Shown: piece by piece, positions 50,101 through 61,300 of the stretch
How the letters are laid out: each line of letters starts with the position of its first letter
How positions within the stretch are numbered: position 1 is the stretch's first letter
Assembly: GCA_051362555.1 (NCBI GenBank)
Contig: JBPQGU010000016.1
Span: forward strand, 4,154,001-4,218,000
Length of the DNA stretch: 64,000 nt
Source of the DNA: Lingula anatina
Taxonomy: Eukaryota; Animalia; Brachiopoda
Reading direction: 5' to 3'
Notes under the pieces: generated by a model
The model's input: only the letters and a program-made list of their open reading frames with translations
What the model was told of the DNA's origin: nothing
Database searches by the model: none
Made by a program: the position numbers and the translations under genes

Positions 50101-53100
50101 CATTTGTAGTAAGAATAAAGTGCTGGAAGAGTGGTGGTGTCAACATTAAGGAAGAAATAGAGCAAAAACTCTCTCTCCCCCCCCCTCTCAGATTCTGTTC
50201 TCAGAGCTTATTTTTGGATCATCTTTGAAGCTAGAATTGGGGGCCTTGATGAAGTGACCCGGGCGCGTTTCCACATTTTTTATGAATGACAGGTGTGGTA
50301 GATTGATTTTCGTCACTTTTTGGAAAAAATCGGAGACGGGTCGATTTTTGGTGATTTTGAGTGATTTTGAACAGTGCTGGCACTGTGAGATTTCTTCAAT
50401 TTTGTCCAGGTAGGGATGAAAATTTTTTTTCTTCATTATAGTGTCAGGTAGGTGTGTTCGGTCATTTGTAGTAAGAATAAAGTGCTGGAAGAGTGGTGGT
50501 GTCAACATTAAGGAAGAAATAGAGCAAAAACTCTCTCTCCCCCCCCCCTCTCAGATTCTGTTCTCAGAGCTTATTTTTGGATCATCTTTAAAGCTAGAAT
50601 TGGGGGCCTTGATGAAGTGACCCGGGCGCGTTTACACATTTTTTATGAATGACAGGTGTGGTAGATTGATTTTCCTCACTTTTTGGAAAAATCGGAGACG
50701 GGTCGATTTTTGGTGATTTTGAGTGATTTTGAACAGTGCCGGCACTGTGAGATTTCTTCAATTTTGGCCAGGTAGGGATGAAAATTTTTTTTCTTCATTA
50801 TAGTGTCAGGTAGGTGTGTTCGGTCATTTGTAGTAAGAATAAAGTGCTGGAAGAGTGGTGGTGTCAACATTAAGGAAGAAATAGAGCAAAAACTCTCTCT
50901 CCCCCCCCCCCCTCTCAGATTCTGTTCTCAGAGCTTATTTTTGGATCATCTTTAAAGCTAGAATTGGGGGCCTTGATGAAGTGACCCGGGCGCGTTTACA
51001 CATTTTTTATGAATGACAGGTGTGGTAGATTGATTTTCGTCACTTTTTGGAAAAATCGGAGACGGGTCGATTTTTGGTGATTTTGAGTGATTTTGAACAG
51101 TGCCGGCACTGTGAGATTTCTTCAATTTTGGCCAGGTAGGGATGAAAATTTTTTTTCTTCATTATAGTGTCAGGTAGGTGTGTTCGGTCATTTGTAGTAA
51201 GAATAAAGTGCTGGAAGAGTGGTGGTGTCAACATTAAGGAAGAAATAGAGCAAAAACTCTCTCTCCCCCCCCCCCCTCTCAGATTCTGTTCTCAGAGCTT
51301 ATTTTTGGATCATCTTTAAAGCTAGAATTGGGGGCCTTGATGAAGTGACCCGGGCGCGTTTACACATTTTTTATGAATGACAGGTGTGGTAGATTGATTT
51401 TCGTCACTTTTTGGAAAAATCGGAGACGGGTCGATTTTTGGTGATTTTGAGTGATTTTGAACAGTGCCGGCACTGTGAGATTTCTTCAATTTTGGCCAGG
51501 TAGGGATGAAAATTTTTTTTCTTCATTATAGTGTCAGGTAGGTGTGTTCGGTCATTTGTAGTAAGAATAAAGTGCTGGAAGAGTGGTGGTGTCAACATTA
51601 AGGAAGAAATAGAGCAAAAACTCTCTCTCCCCCCCCCCCCCTCTCAGATTCTGTTCTCAGAGCTTATTTTTGGATCATCTTTAAAGCTAGAATTGGGGGC
51701 CTTGATGAAGTGACCCGGGCGCGTTTACACATTTTTTATGAATGACAGGTGTGGTAGATTGATTTTCGTCACTTTTTGGAAAAATCGGAGACGGGTCGAT
51801 TTTTGGTGATTTTGAGTGATTTTGAACAGTGCCGGCACTGTGAGATTTCTTCAATTTTGGCCAGGTAGGGATGAAAATTTTTTTTCTTCATTATAGTGTC
51901 AGGTAGGTGTGTTCGGTCATTTGTAGTAAGAATAAAGTGCTGGAAGAGTGGTGGTGTCAACATTAAGGAAGAAATAGAGCAAAAACTCTCTCTCCCCCCC
52001 CCCCCCTCTCAGATTCTGCTCTCAGAGCTTATTTTTGGATCATCTTTAAAGCTAGAATTGGGGGCCTTGATGAAGTGACCCGGGCGCGTTTACACATTTT
52101 TTATGAATGACAGGTGTGGTAGATTGATTTTCGTCACTTTTTGGAAAAATCGGAGACGGGTCGATTTTTGGTGATTTTGAGTGATTTTGAACAGTGCCGG
52201 CACTGTGAGATTTCTTCAATTTTGGCCAGGTAGGGATGAAAATTTTTTTTCTTCATTATAGTGTCAGGTAGGTGTGTTCGGTCATTTGTAGTAAGAATAA
52301 AGTGCTGGAAGAGTGGTGGTGTCAACATTAAGGAAGAAATAGAGCAAAAACTCTCTCTCCCCCCCCCCCCCTCTCAGATTCTGTTCTCAGAGCTTATTTT
52401 TGGATCATCTTTAAAGCTAGAATTGGGGGCCTTGATGAAGTGACCCGGGCGCGTTTACACATTTTTTATGAATGACAGGTGTGGTAGATTGATTTTCGTC
52501 ACTTTTTGGAAAAATCGGAGACGGGTCGATTTTTGGTGATTTTGAGTGATTTTGAACAGTGCCGGCACTGTGAGATTTCTTCAATTTTGGCCAGGTAGGG
52601 ATGAAAATTTTTTTTCTTCATTATAGTGTCAGGTAGGTGTGTTCGGTCATTTGTAGTAAGAATAAAGTGCTGGAAGAGTGGTGGTGTCAACATTAAGGAA
52701 GAAATAGAGCAAAAACTCTCTCTCCCCCCCCCCCTCTCAGATTCTGTTCTCAGAGCTTATTTTTGGATCATCTTTAAAGCTAGAATTGGGGGCCTTGATG
52801 AAGTGACCCGGGCGCGTTTACACATTTTTTATGAATGACAGGTGTGGTAGATTGATTTTCGTCACTTTTTGGAAAAATCGGAGACGGGTCGATTTTTGGT
52901 GATTTTGAGTGATTTTGAACAGTGCCGGCACTGTGAGATTTCTTCAATTTTGGCCAGGTAGGGATGAAAATTTTTTTTCTTCATTATAGTGTCAGGTAGG
53001 TGTGTTCGGTCATTTGTAGTAAGAATAAAGTGCTGGAAGAGTGGTGGTGTCAACATTAAGGAAGAAATAGAGCAAAAACTCTCTCTCCCCCCCCCCCCCC

Positions 53101-56100
53101 TCTCAGATTCTGTTCTCAGAGCTTATTTTTGGATCCATCTTTAAAGCTAGAATTGGGGGCCTTGATGAAGTGACCCGGGCGCGTTTACACATTTTTTATG
53201 AATGACAGGTGTGGTAGATTGATTTTCGTCACTTTTTGGAAAAATCGGAGACGGGTCGATTTTTGGTGATTTTGAGTGATTTTGAACAGTGCCGGCACTG
53301 TGAGATTTCTTCAATTTTGGCCAGGTAGGGATGAAAATTTTTTTTCTTCATTATAGTGTCAGGTAGGTGTGTTCGGTCATTTGTAGTAAGAATAAAGTGC
53401 TGGAAGAGTGGTGGTGTCAACATTAAGGAAGAAATAGAGCAAAAACTCTCTCTCCCCCCCCCCCCCTCTCAGATTCTGTTCTCAGAGCTTATTTTTGGAT
53501 CATCTTTAAAGCTAGAATTGGGGGCCTTGATGAAGTGACCCGGGCGCGTTTACACATTTTTTATGAATGACAGGTGTGGTAGATTGATTTTCGTCACTTT
53601 TTGGAAAAATCGGAGACGGGTCGATTTTTGGTGATTTTGAGTGATTTTGAACAGTGCCGGCACTGTGAGATTTCTTCAATTTTGGCCAGGTAGGGATGAA
53701 AATTTTTTTTCTTCATTATAGTGTCAGGTAGGTGTGTTCGGTCATTTGTAGTAAGAATAAAGTGCTGGAAGAGTGGTGGTGTCAACATTAAGGAAGAAAT
53801 AGAGCAAAAACTCTCTCTCCCCCCCCCCCCCTCTCAGATTCTGTTCTCAGAGCTTATTTTTGGATCATCTTTAAAGCTAGAATTGGGGGCCTTGATGAAG
53901 TGACCCGGGCGCGTTTACACATTTTTTATGAATGACAGGTGTGGTAGATTGATTTTCGTCACTTTTTGGAAAAATCGGAGACGGGTCGATTTTTGGTGAT
54001 TTTGAGTGATTTTGAACAGTGCCGGCACTGTGAGATTTCTTCAATTTTGGCCAGGTAGGGATGAAAATTTTTTTTCTTCATTATAGTGTCAGGTAGGTGT
54101 GTTCGGTCATTTGTAGTAAGAATAAAGTGCTGGAAGAGTGGTGGTGTCAACATTAAGGAAGAAATAGAGCAAAAACTCTCTCTCCCCCCCCCCCCCTCTC
54201 AGATTCTGTTCTCAGAGCTTATTTTTGGATCATCTTTAAAGCTAGAATTGGGGGCCTTGATGAAGTGACCCGGGCGCGTTTACACATTTTTTATGAATGA
54301 CAGGTGTGGTAGATTGATTTTCGTCACTTTTTGGAAAAATCGGAGACGGGTCGATTTTTGGTGATTTTGAGTGATTTTGAACAGTGCCGGCACTGTGAGA
54401 TTTCTTCAATTTTGGCCAGGTAGGGATGAAAATTTTTTTTCTTCATTATAGTGTCAGGTAGGTGTGTTCGGTCATTTGTAGTAAGAATAAAGTGCTGGAA
54501 GAGTGGTGGTGTCAACATTAAGGAAGAAATAGAGCAAAAACTCTCTCTCCCCCCCCCCCCCTCTCAGATTCTGTTCTCAGAGCTTATTTTTGGATCATCT
54601 TTAAAGCTAGAATTGGGGGCCTTGATGAAGTGACCCGGGCGCGTTTACACATTTTTTATGAATGACAGGTGTGGTAGATTGATTTTCGTCACTTTTTGGA
54701 AAAATCGGAGACGGGTCGATTTTTGGTGATTTTGAGTGATTTTGAACAGTGCCGGCACTGTGAGATTTCTTCAATTTTGGCCAGGTAGGGATGAAAATTT
54801 TTTTTCTTCATTATAGTGTCAGGTAGGTGTGTTCGGTCATTTGTAGTAAGAATAAAGTGCTGGAAGAGTGGTGGTGTCAACATTAAGGAAGAAATAGAGC
54901 AAAAACTCTCTCTCCCCCCCCCCCCCTCTCAGATTCTGTTCTCAGAGCTTATTTTTGGATCATCTTTAAAGCTAGAATTGGGGGCCTTGATGAAGTGACC
55001 CGGGCGCATTTACACATTTTTTATGAATGACAGGTGTGGTAGATTGATTTTCGTCACTTTTTGGAAAAATCGGAGACGGGTCGATTTTTGGTGATTTTGA
55101 GTGATTTTGAACAGTGCCGGCACTGTGAGATTTCTTCAATTTTGGCCAGGTAGGGATGAAAATTTTTTTTCTTCATTATAGTGTCAGGTAGGTGTGTTCG
55201 GTCATTTGTAGTAAGAATAAAGTGCTGGAAGAGTGGTGGTGTCAACATTAAGGAAGAAATAGAGCAAAAACTCTCTCTCCCCCCCCCCCCCCCTCTCAGA
55301 TTCTGTTCTCAGAGCTTATTTTTGGATCATCTTTAAAGCTAGAATTGGGGGCCTTGATGAAGTGACCCGGGCGCGTTTACACATTTTTTATGAATGACAG
55401 GTGTGGTAGATTGATTTTCGTCACTTTTTGGAAAAATCGGAGACGGGTCGATTTTTGGTGATTTTGAGTGATTTTGAACAGTGCCGGCACTGTGAGATTT
55501 CTTCAATTTTGGCCAGGTAGGGATGAAAATTTTTTTTCTTCATTATAGTGTCAGGTAGGTGTGTTCGGTCATTTGTAGTAAGAATAAAGTGCTGGAAGAG
55601 TGGTGGTGTCAACATTAAGGAAGAAATAGAGCAAAAACTCTCTCTCCCCCCCCCCCCCTCTCAGATTCTGTTCTCAGAGCTTATTTTTGGATCATCTTTA
55701 AAGCTAGAATTGGGGGCCTTGATGAAGTGACCCGGGCGCGTTTACACATTTTTTATGAATGACAGGTGTGGTAGATTGATTTTCGTCACTTTTTGGAAAA
55801 ATCGGAGACGGGTCGATTTTTGGTGATTTTGAGTGATTTTGAACAGTGCCGGCACTGTGAGATTTCTTCAATTTTGGCCAGGTAGGGATGAAAATTTTTT
55901 TTCTTCATTATAGTGTCAGGTAGGTGTGTTCGGTCATTTGTAGTAAGAATAAAGTGCTGGAAGAGTGGTGGTGTCAACATTAAGGAAGAAATAGAGCAAA
56001 AACTCTCTCTCCCCCCCCCCCCCCCCTCTCAGATTCTGTTCTCAGAGCTTATTTTTGGATCATCTTTAAAGCTAGAATTGGGGGCCTTGATGAAGTGACC

Positions 56101-58344
56101 CGGGCGCGTTTACACATTTTTTATGAATGACAGGTGTGGTAGATTGATTTTCGTCACTTTTTGGAAAAATCGGAGACGGGTCGATTTTTGGTGATTTTGA
56201 GTGATTTTGAACAGTGCCGGCACTGTGAGATTTCTTCAATTTTGGCCAGGTAGGGATGAAAATTTTTTTTCTTCATTATAGTGTCAGGTAGGTGTGTTCG
56301 GTCATTTGTAGTAAGAATAAAGTGCTGGAAGAGTGGTGGTGTCAACATTAAGGAAGAAATAGAGCAAAAACTCTCTCTCCCCCCCCCCCCCTCTCAGATT
56401 CTGTTCTCAGAGCTTATTTTTGGATCATCTTTAAAGCTAGAATTGGGGGCCTTGATGAAGTGACCCGGGCGCGTTTACACATTTTTTATGAATGACAGGT
56501 GTGGTAGATTGATTTTCGTCACTTTTTGGAAAAATCGGGAGACGGGTCGATTTTTGGTGATTTTGAGTGATTTTGAACAGTGCCGGCACTGTGAGATTTC
56601 TTCAATTTTGGCCAGGTAGGGATGAAAATTTTTTTTCTTCATTATAGTGTCAGGTAGGTGTGTTCGGTCATTTGTAGTAAGAATAAAGTGCTGGAAGAGT
56701 GGTGGTGTCAACATTAAGGAAGAAATAGAGCAAAAACTCTCTCTCCCCCCCCCCCCCTCTCAGATTCTGTTCTCAGAGCTTATTTTTGGATCATCTTTAA
56801 AGCTAGAATTGGGGGCCTTGATGAAGTGACCCGGGTGCGTTTACACATTTTTTATGAATGACAGGTGTGGTAGATTGATTTTCGTCACTTTTTGGAAAAA
56901 TCGGAGACGGGTCGATTTTTGGTGATTTTGAGTGATTTTGAACAGTGCCGGCACTGTGAGATTTCTTCAATTTTGGCCAGGTAGGGATGAAAATTTTTTT
57001 TCTTCATTATAGTGTCAGGTAGGTGTGTTCGGTCATTTGTAGTAAGAATAAAGTGCTGGAAGAGTGGTGGTGTCAACATTAAGGAAGAAATAGAGCAAAA
57101 ACTCTCTCTCCCCCCCCCCCCCTCTCAGATTCTGTTCTCAGAGCTTATTTTTGGATCATCTTTAAAGCTAGAATTGGGGGCCTTGATGAAGTGACCCGGG
57201 CGCGTTTACACATTTTTTATGAATGACAGGTGTGGTAGATTGATTTTCGTCACTTTTTGGAAAAATCGGAGACGGGTCGATTTTTGGTGATTTTGAGTGA
57301 TTTTGAACAGTGCCGGCACTGTGAGATTTCTTCAATTTTGGCCAGGTAGGGATGAAAATTTTTTTTCTTCATTATAGTGTCAGGTAGGTGTGTTCGGTCA
57401 TTTGTAGTAAGAATAAAGTGCTGGAAGAGTGGTGGTGTCAACATTAAGGAAGAAATAGAGCAAAAACTCTCTCTCCCCCCCCCCCCTCTCAGATTCTGTT
57501 CTCAGAGCTTATTTTTGGATCATCTTTAAAGCTAGAATTGGGGGCCTTGATGAAGTGACCCGGGCGCGTTTACACATTTTTTATGAATGACAGGTGTGGT
57601 AGATTGATTTTCGTCACTTTTTGGAAAAATCGGAGACGGGTCGATTTTTGGTGATTTTGAGTGATTTTGAACAGTGCCGGCACTGTGAGATTTCTTCAAT
57701 TTTGGCCAGGTAGGGATGAAAATTTTTTTTCTTCATTATAGTGTCAGGTAGGTGTGTTCGGTCATTTGTAGTAAGAATAAAGTGCTGGAAGAGTGGTGGT
57801 GTCAACATTAAGGAAGAAATAGAGCAAAAACTCTCTCTCCCCCCCCCCCCCTCTCAGATTCTGTTCTCAGAGCTTATTTTTGGATCATCTTTAAAGCTAG
57901 AATTGGGGGCCTTGATGAAGTGACCCGGGCGCGTTTACACATTTTTTATGAATGACAGGTGTGGTAGATTGATTTTCGTCACTTTTTGGAAAAATCGGAG
58001 ACGGGTCGATTTTTGGTGATTTTGAGTGATTTTGAACAGTGCCGGCACTGTGAGATTTCTTCAATTTTGGCCAGGTAGGGATGAAAATTTTTTTTCTTCA
58101 TTATAGTGTCAGGTAGGTGTGTTCGGTCATTTGTAGTAAGAATAAAGTGCTGGAAGAGTGGTGGTGTCAACATTAAGGAAGAAATAGAGCAAAAACTCTC
58201 TCTCCCCCCCCCCCCCCTCTCAGATTCTGTTCTCAGAGCTTATTTTTGGATCATCTTTAAAGCTAGAATTGGGGGCCTTGATGAAGTGACCCGGGCGCGT
58301 TTACACATTTTTTATGAATGACAGGTGTGGTAGATTGATTTTCG

Positions 58345-61300
58345 TCACTTTTTGGAAAAATCGGAGACGGGTCGATTTTTGGTGATTTTGAGTGATTTTG
58401 AACAGTGCCGGCACTGTGAGATTTCTTCAATTTTGGCCAGGTAGGGATGAAAATTTTTTTTCTTCATTATAGTGTCAGGTAGGTGTGTTTGGTCATTTGT
58501 AGTAAGAATAAAGTGCTGGAAGAGTGGTGGTGTCAACATTAAGGAAGAAATAGAGCAAAAACTCTCTCTCCCCCCCCCCCCCCTCTCAGATTCTGTTCTC
58601 AGAGCTTATTTTTGGATCATCTTTAAAGCTAGAATTGGGGGCCTTGATGAAGTGACCCGGGCGCGTTTACACATTTTTTATGAATGACAGGTGTGGTAGA
58701 TTGATTTTCGTCACTTTTTGGAAAAATCGGAGACGGGTCGATTTTTGGTGATTTTGAGTGATTTTGAACAGTGCCGGCACTGTGAGATTTCTTCAATTTT
58801 GGCCAGGTAGGGATGAAAATTTTTTTTCTTCATTATAGTGTCAGGTAGGTGTGTTCGGTCATTTGTAGTAAGAATAAAGTGCTGGAAGAGTGGTGGTGTC
58901 AACATTAAGGAAGAAATAGAGCAAAAACTCTCTCTTCCCCCCCCCCCTCTCAGATTCTGTTCTCAGAGCTTATTTTTGGATCATCTTTAAAGCTAGAATT
59001 GGGGGCCTTGATGAAGTGACCCGGGCGCGTTTACACATTTTTTATGAATGACAGGTGTGGTAGATTGATTTTCGTCACTTTTTGGAAAAATCGGAGACGG
59101 GTCGATTTTTGGTGATTTTGAGTGATTTTGAACAGTGCCGGCACTGTGAGATTTCTTCAATTTTGGCCAGGTAGGGATGAAAATTTTTTTTCTTCATTAT
59201 AGTGTCAGGTAGGTGTGTTCGGTCATTTGTAGTAAGAATAAAGTGCTGGAAGAGTGGTGGTGTCAACATTAAGGAAGAAATAGAGCAAAAACTCTCTCTC
59301 TCCCCCCCCCCCCTCTCAGATTCTGTTCTCAGAGCTTATTTTTGGATCATCTTTAAAGCTAGAATTGGGGGCCTTGATGAAGTGACCCGGGCGCGTTTCC
59401 ACATTTTTTATGAATGACAGGTGTGGTAGATTGATTTTCGTCACTTTTTGGAAAAATCGGAGACGGGTCGATTTTTGGTGATTTTGAGTGATTTTGAACA
59501 GTGCCGGCACTGTGAGATTTCTTCAATTTTGGCCAGGTAGGGATGAAAATTTTTTTTCTTCATTATAGTGTCAGGTAGGTGTGTTCGGTCATTTGTAGTA
59601 AGAATAAAGTGCTGGAAGAGTGGTGGTGTCAACATTAAGGAAGAAATAGAGCAAAAACTCTCTCTCCCCCCCCCCCTCTCAGATTCTGTTCTCAGAGCTT
59701 ATTTTTGGATCATCTTTAAAGCTAGAATTGGGGGCCTTGATGAAGTGACCCGGGCGCGTTTCCACATTTTTTATGAATGACAGGTGTGGTAGATTGATTT
59801 TCGTCACTTTTTGGAAAAATCGGAGACGGGTCGATTTTTGGTGATTTTGAGTGATTTTGAACAGTGCCGGCACTGTGAGATTTCTTCAATTTTGGCCAGG
59901 TAGGGATGAAAATTTTTTTTCTTCATTATAGTGTCAGGTAGGTGTGTTCGGTCATTTGTAGTAAGAATAAAGTGCTGGAAGAGTGGTGGTGTCAACATTA
60001 AGGAAGAAATAGAGCAAAAACTCTCTCTCCCCCCCCCCCCCTCTCAGATTCTGTTCTCAGAGCTTATTTTTGGATCATCTTTAAAGCTAGAATTGGGGGC
60101 CTTGATGAAGTGACCCGGGCGCGTTTACACATTTTTTATGAATGACAGGTGTGGTAGATTGATTTTCGTCACTTTTTGGAAAAATCGGAGACGGGTCGAT
60201 TTTTGGTGATTTTGAGTGATTTTGAACAGTGCCGGCACTGTGAGATTTCTTCAATTTTGGCCAGGTAGGGATGAAAATTTTTTTTCTTCATTATAGTGTC
60301 AGGTAGGTGTGTTCGGTCATTTGTAGTAAGAATAAAGTGCTGGAAGAGTGGTGGTGTCAACATTAAGGAAGAAATAGAGCAAAAACTCTCTCTCCCCCCC
60401 CGCCCCTCTCAGATTCTGTTCTCAGAGCTTATTTTTGGATCATCTTTAAAGCTAGAATTGGGGGCCTTGATGAAGTGACCCGGGCGCGTTTACACATTTT
60501 TTATGAATGACAGGTGTGGTAGATTGATTTTCGTCACTTTTTGGAAAAATCGGAGACGGGTCAATTTTTGGTGATTTTGAGTGATTTTGAACAGTGCCGG
60601 CACTGTGAGATTTCTTCAATTTTGGCCAGGTAGGGATGAAAATTTTTTTTCTTCATTATAGTGTCAGGTAGGTGTGTTCGGTCATTTGTAGTAAGAATAA
60701 AGTGCTGGAAGAGTGGTGGTGTCAACATTAAGGAAGAAATAGAGCAAAAACTCTCTCTCCCCCCCCCCCTCTCAGATTCTGTTCTCAGAGCTTATTTTTG
60801 GATCATCTTTAAAGCTAGAATTGGGGGCCTTGATGAAGTGACCCGGGCGCGTTTACACATTTTTTATGAATGACAGGTGTGGTAGATTGATTTTCGTCAC
60901 TTTTTGGAAAAATCGGAGACGGGTCGATTTTTGGTGATTTTGAGTGATTTTGAACAGTGCCGGCACTGTGAGATTTCTTCAATTTTGGCCAGGTAGGGAT
61001 GAAAATTTTTTTTCTTCATTATAGTGTCAGGTAGGTGTGTTCGGTCATTTGTAGTAAGAATAAAGTGCTGGAAGAGTGGTGGTGTCAACATTAAGGAAGA
61101 AATAGAGCAAAAACTCTCTCTCCCCCCCCCCCCCTCTCAGATTCTGTTCTCAGAGCTTATTTTTGGATCATCTTTAAAGCTAGAATTGGGGGCCTTGATG
61201 AAGTGACCCGGGCGCGTTTACACATTTTTTATGAATGACAGGTGTGGTAGATTGATTTTCGTCACTTTTTGGAAAAATCGGAGACGGGTCGATTTTTGGT

